Notes under the pieces: generated by a model
Seen by the model: only the letters and a program-made list of their open reading frames with translations
Databases searched by the model: none
Told to the model about the DNA's origin: nothing
Position numbers and translations under genes: made by a program
Source of the DNA: Tetramitus jugosus
Taxonomy: Eukaryota > Protista > Heterolobosea
Length of the DNA stretch: 64,000 nucleotides
Reading direction: 5' to 3'
NCBI GenBank assembly: GCA_937625935.1
Contig: OW569377.1
Coordinates: forward strand, 1 to 64,000
In this document: one piece after another, positions 1 through 10,248 of the stretch
How the letters are laid out: the number at the start of each line of letters is the position of its first letter
Numbering within the stretch: the first letter of the stretch is position 1

Positions 1-727
1 CCAAACCAAACCCAAACCCAAACCCAACCCAAACCCAAACCCAAACCCAAACCCAAACCCAAACCCAAACCCAAACCCAAACCCAAACCCAAACCCAAAC
101 CCAAACCCAAACCCAAACCCAAACCCAAACCCAAACCCAAACCCAAACCCAAACCCAAACCCAAACCCAAACCCAAACCCAAACCCAAACCCAAACCCAA
201 ACCCAAACCCAAACCCAAACCCAAACCCAAACCCAAACCCAAACCCAAACCCAAACCCAAACCCAAACCCAAACCCAAACCCAAACCCAAACCCAAACCC
301 AAACCCAAACCCAAACCCAAACCCAAACCCAAACCCAAACCCAAACCCAAACCCAAACCCAAACCCAAACCCAAACCCAAACCCAAACCCAAACCCAAAC
401 CCAAACCCAAACCCAAACCCAAACCCAAACCCAAACCCAAACCCAAACCCAAACCCAAACCCAAACCCAAACCCAAACCCAAACCCAAACCCAAACCCAA
501 ACCCAAACCCAAACCCAAACCCAAACCCAAACCCAAACCCAAACCCAAACCCAAACCCAAACCCAAACCCAAACCCAAACCCAAACCCAAACCCAAACCC
601 AAACCCAAACCCAAACCCAAACCCAAACCCAAACCCAAACCCAAACCCAAACCCAAACCCAAACCCAAACCCAAACCCAAACCCAAACCCAAACCCAAAC
701 CCAAACCCAAACCCAAACCCAAACCCA
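1..727. repeat. Telomeric array (CCCAAA)n, i.e. TTTGGG on the G-rich strand, ~120 copies
   Basis: Near-perfect hexamer array from base 1 with the C-rich strand at the 5' end, as expected for a left chromosome end. It decays into CCCAGACTCAAA at the junction. Confidence 0.97.
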
Positions 728-834
728 GACTCAAAATCGTCTAAACTCTGTTGCAGTTTTAACACTGTTGCCGATAAAAATCTGTTAAATACAGCACAGA
801 TATATCGGCTCTACGAGCCGATAAAGCTCAAATC

Positions 835-1130
835 GAGTTGAAAACCACGCCAATCTCTTTATCTCAACCAGCTGAAGCTCCTAGAGCAATAAAAAATCTC
901 AAAAAAAAAATTACCATATAAGGAAATCGTTTCCTTAGGTTGGGGAATCCAGGATGTATCCCCAAACCCAAACCCAACCCATTGAGTTGAAAATCACGCC
1001 AAACTCTTCAACTCAATCAGTTGAAGCTTTTAGAGCAATAAAAAAATCTCAAAAAACAACCTGCCTAAAAAGGAAACGTCTAAAAAAGCAGGTTATTTAA
1101 ATACTGCGTACCCCAAACCCAAACCCAAAC
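835..1130 (+). repeat. Subtelomeric tandem duplication, 2 x ~149 bp, each unit ending in ~3 telomere repeats
   Basis: GAGTTGAAAA(C/T)CACGCCAA...GAAGCT..TAGAGCAATAAAAAA(A)TCTCAAAAAA starts at 835 and 984. CCCAAA runs lie at 960-980 and 1111-1130. Confidence 0.85.
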
Positions 1131-1731
1131 TTCAATTTTTTTTCTACCTAAAAATTCAAACAGTTAACCAACATATTTATCTGTCTATTTTTCATCCAGA
1201 TTTCGAAGATTCACCTTCTTTATCTATGTTTAATGAGTACGTTGGTTCACTTCCACCAGTGTATCAGAGATTCGGCTTTATGCTCTTTTGTACATCAAAA
1301 TATCTTAGGGACTTGCACCCTCCATCGTTCTATAATGTTTTTTGATTCTTTTCAATAGAATACGTAGATCCAATGTTCTTCTATTGTGATTCACTTCATA
1401 ATACTTCTTAGCTACTGTTGCCCGCGCTTAATATCTTCTTCCGTGAATTGGTGTGTAATCAAGACTTCTGTACTGACTTTGGAATGTCTTTAATCAACTA
1501 TTGAGTCATTTATCTCGTAGTTTTAAGTTAATGCATCATGATTCATGTTAATACCTGGTTGATTACTTTGTTGGTTCAATACATTCTTGGAATTGTTGCA
1601 AGCAGCAGGAGAATGAAATTCTAACAAATCATAGATTTAATCTTATAAAGCATAATAGGAGGCTTAATAACACTCTAGGTATCAGATAATCTATGTTCAC
1701 TTCACTCTTGTACCAAGCATGACATAAAATT

Positions 1732-2155
1732 GAGGTTGGATTTGGGTTTATTAGATGGTTGGACATAGATTGAACCTCTGAAAGGCATTCTCAATGTAAA
1801 TAACTTCAGAACCAATAGATTACGAACAGATATGATAATTAGGACGTAGAAATGCCTTGAGTCCTGAACAGTCAAAAAGAAAAAAGGTTGGGTAAGGGCT
1901 TATACACTGGTTGGAGGAGAAGTCCACCCTAAATGTATTTTTGACATAATTAGTTTGCGATTCAACAGAGATACAATTGAAGATTCATTGAATGACTACA
2001 GAGCCCCCTACGACCTATTCTGCAGATAAAATCAAAAAGTAAAAAAGGTGGGATTTGGGTTTATATGCTGGTTGGAGGTCGATGCAACCGAAATCTGCTT
2101 TTCAACAGAAATCACTTGCACTTTAGTACAGATACTATTGAAGGCAAGTTGATCC
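1732..2155. repeat. Degenerate subtelomeric repeat, 3 x ~155 bp, headed by TTTGGG-like seeds in the orientation opposite to the telomere
   Basis: Shared TGGTTGGA at 1756, 1908 and 2069, each preceded by a GGATTTGGGTTTA-like motif. Shared CAGA(G)ATA downstream, extending to ATTGAAG in units 2-3. Confidence 0.65.
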
Positions 2156-2399
2156 AAAAAATAGAGTCGAAGTTTGAGGATGTATCACTCTAAAAAACAG
2201 TGTTCACGATAAAACAAACGTAAAATGCAACAGGATACAAGGGAGGAAACAGATATCAGAAAGACATCAAATCAAACTACTTAAAAATCAGATTGCGGCG
2301 TATCTATAAGTCGTAATTAGTAGTCACAGATCATGATCAAGACAAAATACACCTAACTATTGACTGCCATTGTATTTCAGGTTGAACTCCTTCACAAGT

Positions 2400-3281
2400 C
2401 TTCTGGCATATTCATGTTGCTGTGTGGTATTTCTTCTTAATCCGTTACAATCACTTCGCTCATTGGTCGAAATTCTTTGCTGAAGCCAAAAAGCTCCACA
2501 GACAATTGACCTGAGATGAAATACAGGAAATCATTTCACGGTCCTGGACCGTGAACCTCCCTGTTCGTTGAACCTCAATATCTCCGATCTGATAATAGAC
2601 CCCAATAGCCATGCAACCCTTGTCCTATATATCTTCTTTTTACTCCCTCAACCTGCCAGAATGTATGAACACTCACCGTGAATAGTAAAACAGTCATTCG
2701 GTTAAAGACTCGCGACAGAAAAGCATGCTTACAATCTAGATGTTTAGAGAAGTTTGAATGCTTTCTGCATCGAAAACAGGGTAACTACAAAGGAAATACT
2801 CAGATTATAGCTCTGCTCGGATGGGATGAATTAACTACTGAAGCAGAGGAACATCAAGAAGAGCCCAGTCTCAGAGAAGTACCAGAGGTAGAAAGAGAAC
2901 TACTTGCACCAACTGTTACAATTAAGGCAATGTATATACTGCAAGAAGCTGTTCTGTGGAGATTGCTCTCATATTTGTTCTGGTGATGAATGTTCCAACA
3001 TAATCTGTGGCACCTGTGCAGCTCCAACCAAGGAACATAAGAATCGGTATCTGTGTATTGATTGTGCATCAACACAGCAGTGTGTTCTTTTACTTGCTTC
3101 TGTTCATACTAGATAAAATTACCAGGTTCAATTCACAATTTGTCGCATCCATTTACCTAGTATTTTACCTGGTTTCTACTAGTTCAATTACCTAATTCTG
3201 CATTATATTTTACCTGGTTCTCAGCCTAAAAGCGTCACCTACTAGGTAGAGTTTACCTAGGTAAAATTACCTAATCCGCTG
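2400..3281 (+). mobile_element. Decayed hAT-like DNA transposon, 3' part (dimerisation-domain-like remnant, Cys-rich zinc finger, subterminal repeats, putative right end)
   Basis: Frame from 2642 reads TPSTCQNV*TL..SKTVIRLKTRDRKACLQSRCLEKF, resembling the hAT C-terminal PSxxxxERxFS..R..L....LE pattern. A frameshifted CxxC-rich tail follows (CIYC..CGDC..C..CGTC..CIDC), then clustered TTACC(T/A) repeats ending in ..ATCCGCTG (CAG-type TIR). Left end not found. Confidence 0.5.
3116..3281. repeat. Cluster of ~7-8 TTACC(T/A)RR motifs including the 14-bp palindrome TTTACCTAGGTAAA (3252-3265)
   Basis: Read directly from sequence. Typical of transposase-binding subterminal repeats. Confidence 0.75.
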
Positions 3282-3579
3282 GTAGTGCAGGGAAGTTGAG
3301 AAGATAACCACTAACCAATGATACAGTTGAAAAGAAGGACGAGGTCACTGAAATATTTGAGGCACCGTCAGGAAGAGCCGTCTTTCTAAAGAGGAGTTGG
3401 GCAGGATTGACTACTTTAAAACACAAACACAAAAACTATTTCTGATTCAACAAAACAAACAAAAAAAACACAAACAAAGAATAAAAATGATTAAAATTTT
3501 TGTCGGATTTTTATTGCTAATTCTTCTATTATTACTCTATTCCATCCTTTTTGTAAAACAAGTGGTTTTTCATCCCCGT

Positions 3580-4182
3580 GAGCTCAGACATACCAAATGA
3601 GTCGAACACCTCTGTTAAAAAACCAACAACCTTCGGCCCTGCTGCTGATACACTTGCTCTTCTAAAGTTTTGTGTGATGGTCAATCAGACAAACCATACC
3701 AATCTTGCCGTTCTCTCTCTGCATGAAAGTAATATCGATATACAAGTGATGCAGCTGATCTATCAGATTTCACCGTCTGACTGAGGACAAGTACGACAGA
3801 ACGATTCTAAGTCAGCTTGCATTCCAGCCCATCCAGTTAAGCCTCTCTGCATCAATGATTGCATTTTTTTGGTTCCAACATGATGCGATCCATGGAACTC
3901 GCGCAAGACATCATTCCTCTCACTCATTCTTGGTATCCAGTGCCATTCGTGAGTAACCTCCTTGTGTAACTCGATGATAGAGTCATCATAAGTAGTAGTT
4001 TCTCTTGCTGAATTCTTTTGATGCTCTGGTACTCCCGCCTTGAATTTGGGAATGATCTTGGGAATTGTCACAGAGTAGCAGCATGGCTTGAAACCGCCTG
4101 GGAGCCTCAAACGGTAAGTCGCATAAACAACATGGTGTTGCATTTGACTTGAATGGCGGAGAGGGGAATCCTGTCTCTTCAT
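3580..4182 (-). pseudogene. Retroviral-type integrase remnant (H2C2 zinc-binding domain plus start of rve core), Ginger/Gypsy/Polinton-like
   Basis: WIPRMSERNDVLREFHGSHHVGTKKM..W.GM..DL..FCRTC is the integrase H2C2 domain (last Cys lost). After a frameshift, LHHLYIDITF..G..GMVCLIDHHTKL* and KVVGFLTEVFDSFGM match the rve core start. Truncated before the D35E part. Confidence 0.8.
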
Positions 4183-4209
4183 CTCTATAATACTACTCTC
4201 AGTTTCTTC

Positions 4210-4945
4210 GGGGGAGTCATAGGTGTGTCATCAGCAGTTTGATAATCATGAGACTTGGGGGTCTGTGTTACCTCAGCAGCCCTTCTTTTCTTTGCTAGAA
4301 CAATCTCTAACTTGTCTTTGAAACCAGCTGGGTCAACTCTTGAAGGTCACTGTCTTTAAGAATCTTCAATTGGCAACTCTTCTTTGACTTACCCTGTTCT
4401 TCTTTCTTTGCCTTCTCTTCATCTTTCTTCTTCTGCTTTCTTCCTTCTCTTCTGCTCTCTTCTGCTGCTTCTTCTCCTTCCGCACTGGAGTTCACTTACC
4501 GTTACATTCGAATTGTACATCAGGATTGTTGGTAACAGAGCATGACCAGGTTTCTTCTCTTTATGGCAAGCAGAGCAATGTGGTACACCTCTCTTTATTG
4601 GTGGAGTTGAAGGTTGTGCCAATGTACTTGAAGGCTCTTGAGATGGTTGAGATGATTGAAATGATTCACCATTACATACGAATGATTGAGATGACTGTGG
4701 TGAATCTTGTGAAGATTGATATGACGATTGAAGTAGGATCTGAGCATATGGTTGTTGTGATGTTGGGAATGATGTTTGTGTGTGTGTTGGTGTGGCAGGA
4801 TGTACATAAAGGAATAAATGATGAATGAGGATATTGTGGTGGAGGGAAGCTGAAGGTATTGATGAAAGTACTGTTGTTGTTAGAGTTGTTCACTACTCTT
4901 TTCATAGATGCTGGTGTACAGTCTTTGAACATAAAATTCATCATG
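4210..4945 (-). pseudogene. Frameshifted ORF remnant: Ser/Gln/Pro-rich region, CxxC..GH knuckle (PHCSACHKEKKPGH), Lys/Glu-rich tail
   Basis: Overlapping short minus-strand ORFs 4672-4944, 4419-4622 and 4307-4495 appear to be pieces of one broken frame. Confidence 0.4.
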
Positions 4946-4996
4946 GTGTTGCTGTTGTTATTTTGAAACGGATTGTTGTAGGAGGGAAGTTTACAA

Positions 4997-6000
4997 TTGA
5001 ACCTTCAAACAATAAAGGCTGTCAATAAGAGATTGGCGCCAATTCTAAAAACACACAATCATCCTTGTTCCAAGATACCCAAAGGAAAAGTTGGAACAAC
5101 TAGCAAGAAGAAGAAGCAGAAGGGATACGTTGATTATTATTTGAGACATGAGCTGGCTGCACGCTCTGCAATGACCAGCATGAGTGATCTAGAGTCAGCA
5201 CGAACCTTTGAACTGTCAGTGCCCACAGTGAGGTACTGGATCGGAAAAGCAAGAAGAGGCGACAACACTCGTGGAAAACATGGAGGTAAGAGGCACAGCA
5301 AGCTATCAGATGAAGACAAGATTTGGCTTCGTGAATTGGCTGTGAAGTTTCCAAATACTTCATTGACTACTTTCAAATCTGCATTGTCTATTCTAACTGG
5401 TACAAGTGTAACAGAGGCAACTATCTCAAGATATTTCACCAGCTTGGGTTGGTCATATCATGGGAACACAAACAAAGGTTAAAGTATACAGCGGAAAATA
5501 TGGAGCGCTATGTGCAACACGTAATGGCCATGCCAGATATTGTAGCAGATGTCTCAATGGAGCGTGTCAAATTCTTGGATGAAGTGCATTATGTTACACA
5601 AAAGAAAAGGTTTGGGACCGAGGTAAACGTATTGTGACTTGTCAGAGTCATACAGCATGACCTTGTTAACAACATTGAAATGGAGATAGTCCCTTTGAAG
5701 CCAACTTCCGAGTCAATTCGAATACGCAGCATGATTTATTCCAATATTTGTGAAGATGCATCAGAAGCGAATTTCTAGTGGAGGGTGATGTGTTTGTTAT
5801 GGACAACGCCTCCGTTGGATCAGATACATTTCCTGTTGTAATGGACATCTTGGCAAAAGCCAACATCAAATTGATTCTATTACCTGCATACAGCCCTGAA
5901 CTAAACCCAGCAGAGTATGTTTTTGCCTTTGTCAAGAACAATTTGAGGACTGCTGGTATTCCATTATGGCAGGATATCATGATCAAACTGCATGGTTTGA
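4997..6000 (+). mobile_element. IS630/Tc1-mariner superfamily transposase pseudogene
   Basis: Two HTH regions (SARTFELSVPTVRYW; TSVTEATISRYF..LGWS), first Asp in VKFLDE, then VFVMDNAS...LILLPAYSPELNPAEYVFAFVK (DDE_3 signature). Split across frames with stops. Confidence 0.9.
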
Positions 6001-6003
6001 TAC

Positions 6004-6489
6004 ATGGTGATGATCCGCACCCTTAATGGTTCGGAAAAGATTCGCACCCTCCTCTCCCGTCTCCCTCTTACGAATCGCATATCTCATACAGGCAATGATG
6101 GACACGTGATATTAGAGTTACCTACAACTGGTAATAAAATCAGCTCACTTGTTATCATCTCCAATGTTGGTAACAACTTCTTCATCGGTGAAGATAAAGA
6201 AGGAGTGAAGGAGGTGAGTAAGGAGATTGAAGACTTGAAGCAAAAATTGGAGGAAGAGAAAACTTCCAATCGTGACCTTACAAGCCAACTAAGAGATGCT
6301 TTATTGAATCTTAACAACAAGAAGCAAGAGATTGAGAAGCTCTCTGAACTATGTGAAGAATTGGAGATTGAAATTCCACCAACTGAGTCTGCAAAGAAGG
6401 CTTTGAATTGGCTGGAGAGATCTCTGGTCATTGCATTGCGGGGACTGTCCCTGCTCCCGGATCGGGTCCTCAATTCTACCTCTCGGTAG
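6004..6489 (+). CDS. Hypothetical coiled-coil ORF immediately downstream of the transposase (possible cargo or remnant)
   Basis: 161-aa open frame with a heptad-rich EIEDLKQKLEEEK..LRDALLNLNNKKQEIEKL segment. No recognisable family. Confidence 0.35.
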   Translation: MVMIRTLNGSEKIRTLLSRLPLTNRISHTGNDGHVILELPTTGNKISSLVIISNVGNNFFIGEDKEGVKEVSKEIEDLKQKLEEEKTSNRDLTSQLRDALLNLNNKKQEIEKLSELCEELEIEIPPTESAKKALNWLERSLVIALRGLSLLPDRVLNSTSR

Positions 6490-6639
6490 GTCAGTTCAAT
6501 CATATTTAACCTCCACTACTGTAGACTAGTCGCCCTTGGGGGATTCGAACCTCTGGACTACATCGCCGTCTGGAAACAATTTTATAAATAACCTTTCCAG
6601 AAAAAATTGAGAGTCCAAACAAAAATTGATTTTTAGTCC

Positions 6640-6836
6640 GCCCATAGTAATCAACTGTTTGGCCATAAAAAACAACTCTCGGCCGCCCGTGAACGGGCTA
6701 GAGAAAAGTTGATAAATAGGTGGCCCGTGAACGGGCCATAGTAGCAGTCTACAGTGCTTCACTTCTAGGTAAAAGACTTTTCGTATGGGCCATAGTTAAA
6801 AAGCTGTCATATGAGGCCCGTTTATGTTACGCTGTA
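6640..6836. repeat. Palindromic GCCCGTGAACGGGC repeats and GCCATAGT-like motifs; possible transposon end (...CGCTG|TA)
   Basis: GCCCGTGAACGGGC at 6685-6698, TGGCCCGTGAACGGGCCA at 6721-6738, half sites at 6785-6795 and 6815-6821, CGCTG followed by TA at 6830-6836. Confidence 0.6.
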
Positions 6837-7033
6837 GAAAAAAGAGGAGGAGGTTTTGCGAACAGGAAATTATCGATCAATTGATCAACAATTTCCAATT
6901 GACAGTTCAAACGTTATCTGACTCGAAATCAGCATCTCAGAGTGAAGCAGAGGAACGGTATAATAGATATATGAGTTCATCAATTGATGCTCTGGCTTAT
7001 TCATCTTTTCATCTTTTCACTTGAGGGATCGGC

Positions 7034-7360
7034 CTAATCATTGACATGATGATCGATGTGTTTTGTTTGTTGCGATGAAAAAAATCGTCTCACCAAAAGA
7101 CCTTTATTACACGTCGAGAGGGGTTGCTTACCTCTTCTGTTCTTCTTCTCTTTCTTAAAATGCTCCACAGCCTTCCGTACCATACTTTCACTGAGATCAT
7201 GCTCGTGAACCCACGAATCCTCATCAGCCTTATAATGCTTCCAACGAACTTTGAACTGATGGCTAAAACCAACAGCCAAAAAATTTTCCATCTCGTAGAT
7301 GTTGTCAGCTTCACTGACACAACCACGAGGACGAACTCTTTTCTTGAAGGAAGTCACCAT
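7034..7360 (-). pseudogene. Chromodomain-containing ORF or fragment
   Basis: YEMENFLA....QFKVRWKHYKADEDSWVHEHDL is a chromodomain with the aromatic-cage Y/W/Y residues. It lies amid decayed mobile DNA. Confidence 0.7.
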
Positions 7361-8391
7361 CTATAACACCACTTTCCTTGTCATGATTTCATCAATTGAA
7401 TTTTACCGTTTGTTGGAGTGATTCACTTCAGCGAAAGTAATTCAAATAAATAATCATCCGACCTGAAGTTTATGAGCTAGTAATATCAGTCGATTCAGTT
7501 TTGTTTTTTCTTGTTGATTTTGTAGTCCTTATGTGAAGGAGAAACAACCAGTGTCACAACAAAAATGTCAGTGAACTGTGTTCAGATACTATTTTGGATT
7601 AGAGAATCGTCGAAAGGTATATGCCCATTATCAATAGTCAAGTAAGAGGGGAGGATATCTATTAACCATGATAGCCTGAAAATATGAATTTGAAAGGCAT
7701 GCCTGTAAGAACCAACAAAAATTTCATCGACTCTTAATTTCTCTGTTTCAAGATTGATATGATGAATATATTTTCATCTTCTTCAATGAAAGGTACACTC
7801 TAACCAAGTCACAAGATCACCAGTTGAATTTGAATCAATCAGCAAAGGCGCTGGTAGTTCCGTTGGAGCTCGTTTCAGAAGATCATGGCATTCATTTTCA
7901 AAAGTACGCATACTGTCTGTCAGCGTACCAGTCAGTGGACAAAAAGAAGTTGTCCCAATCCATTGTGGATACCATTTATACCTGTGCAAGAGCTGTTGTA
8001 CATTCCTTTCCTAAACTAAATCGAATAGCATTGAACAGTGGACGTGACTGTAGTTGAACTTCCTCTGACGTTCTGACTCTCTTGTAGACCTGAAAGGCGA
8101 GGTAAGTGTTGTGTATGCCCTCTACAACGATGTGGCTGGTGATGTTGTCATCTTTCTTGGTCGACACCATGATGATGTTTGATTGATGTTTTCAACAACT
8201 ATGCAAGTCACTTTTTGGAAGAATTTATTGATAATGCGGAGAGAGCGAGACCACTGTGTGAAAAGTACCCATTGAATACACCCAAGAAAAATTGAGGCCG
8301 GGTAATTAGAAACTCTCAACCTTGAGATTGATACAAACTTGATGTTGAGAGCTTGAGGACAAAAAACAAAAAACACAAAGAAAACTCAATT

Positions 8392-9705
8392 ATGTCCCAT
8401 CCAGTTGCTAATACCATTGTAAGTTGCCAATCTCTCGAGTTCATCAAGCCGATTAAGCCATCCAAACATCAAGTCATCGAATTATCTCCTTTTGATAACC
8501 TTGCTCCCACAACATCATTCCACTTTCAATTCGTGTATAAGAATGAAAAGAAGAATGCAAATTTTATGAGACCAGAAACCATGAAAGATTCGCTAGCCAA
8601 GTTGCTCGTTGATTTCCCTCTGATGGCTGGAACAGCGAATGTGGAAGACAGGAAATGGTACATTGAGTGTAACGATGTTGGAGTTCCATTCATTGTTGCA
8701 CATGCTGATATGAGATTGGACGATTTCGACATGGGAGATTATGATCAATTGCCAAAGGGCATTTGTACACAATGGACCAAACCAGATGATCCAGTTTGGC
8801 AACTTCAGATCACTTACTTTACTTGTGGTGGTATCATTCTGGTTTCAGAGATGCTTCATCAACTCGGTGATGCTGAAACCAATTCTATGATTATGCACAA
8901 ATGGGCAAACATTCATAACAATCAGCCATATGTTCCACCTGTGCTTGATCGCACACTTATCCGTTCATCTGGCGTAAATCCTCCACCGACTTCTTTTCCT
9001 CTTTGGCATCAGAGTGATGAGGCACCAAATTATGAAGAGTTGCTTGCTAAGTTGCCGATGTGTACCGCTAAACTCATTGAGTTTTCTGCCAAAGAATTAC
9101 AAGAAATGAAGAAGGCTGCTAATTCCAATACAGCTACCACTTCATGGATCAGTACCAATGACGCTCTTTGTTCCCACTTGTGGAGGCTCATTACTAAAGC
9201 GAGAGATCTTCCGTCAAACTCCAAGACTTGTCTGTTACATGCTTGTAATGTCCGGAAGAAGATACAACCACCTTTACCTTCCGATTATGTTGGTTATGTG
9301 GTTATGAATGGTCAAACAGATCGTATGACTGTCAACGAACTAATCACATCTCCTCTTTCCCACGCTGCCACCTTTTCTCGCAGGGCGATTAATCAGGTGA
9401 CTCCTGCTTTTGTTCAATCGTTTATCGACTGGATTACTGTGACACCCAAAGTGAAACCAAGTGATATGAATGTGCTGTTTGGTACTGACGTATTTGCAAC
9501 ATCATGGGCGTCCTTCGATCTGTACTCGATCGCGTTTGAGCACCATGAAACTCCATACTTTGTTGGTGAGATACCTACGATTCTGGACGGTGTCTTTAAG
9601 CTTGTGGAAGGAAAAACAAAAGGTACTCTATCTATTCAACTCAGTTTGCTTCGAGTACACATGGACAAGATACTAGCTGATCCAGAGTTACACAAGTACG
9701 CATAA
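8392..9705 (+). CDS. BAHD/transferase-family CoA-dependent acyltransferase
   Basis: N-terminal IKP..LSPFD, SLAKLLVDFPLMAG, IECNDVGVPF, QITYFTCGG, catalytic HxxxD (HQLGD), STNDALCSHLWR. DFGWG motif degenerate. ATG at 8392 after an A-rich leader. Confidence 0.88.
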   Translation: MSHPVANTIVSCQSLEFIKPIKPSKHQVIELSPFDNLAPTTSFHFQFVYKNEKKNANFMRPETMKDSLAKLLVDFPLMAGTANVEDRKWYIECNDVGVPFIVAHADMRLDDFDMGDYDQLPKGICTQWTKPDDPVWQLQITYFTCGGIILVSEMLHQLGDAETNSMIMHKWANIHNNQPYVPPVLDRTLIRSSGVNPPPTSFPLWHQSDEAPNYEELLAKLPMCTAKLIEFSAKELQEMKKAANSNTATTSWISTNDALCSHLWRLITKARDLPSNSKTCLLHACNVRKKIQPPLPSDYVGYVVMNGQTDRMTVNELITSPLSHAATFSRRAINQVTPAFVQSFIDWITVTPKVKPSDMNVLFGTDVFATSWASFDLYSIAFEHHETPYFVGEIPTILDGVFKLVEGKTKGTLSIQLSLLRVHMDKILADPELHKYA

Positions 9706-10248
9706 ATAATGCGAAAGATTGAATTCCGAATTTATCACTCTTCAACATCTCTAAAGCTCATTCCACGTTTCACAATGTCTGTTTTGCTCTAACAGATTAC
9801 CAATTGGGAGTTTTGTTCCAAAACAGTTTCCTTTTTGTTTTGTCGTGTATTTTGAACAGCTCCTCTGAAGTTGACGTCAAGTCATGCCCATTGTCTGCAC
9901 TCTGGAAGGAGATATCGTTCAACTAACTATCTCAGAAGATATCGAGGAACATATACTCTTCCATCTTTGGTTTGATAAATGTTACCATGAAGTGATTGAG
10001 TTCTGAACATCCACTTTTGCAGACTCAACGTGTGGTTTGTAGTTTTGAAAGCAACACTAAAAATTCTGTGACCAAAGATTGATGCTATATGGCTATATTC
10101 CCATTTGTTGACTCAAATAGCAATAAATGTCGACTATTTGCAAGATCCCACTCAATTGGAAAGAAGGTGTATTTCTTATCCTATACATGATTACTCTTAA
10201 TGTATTCATACAAAGCGCAAAACAATGACTTATCTGAATTCTATTTTA

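Noticed and set aside
835-2155. CRISPR-like array or telomerase RNA in the subtelomere
   Set aside because: The units are long and degenerate with no constant repeat/unique spacer pattern and no cas genes. Telomere seeds alone do not support a TER call.
4997-7030. Fanzor/TnpB nuclease next to the IS630-like transposase
   Set aside because: No RuvC (D..E..D) or CxxC..CxxC TnpB motifs were seen in the neighbouring ORFs.
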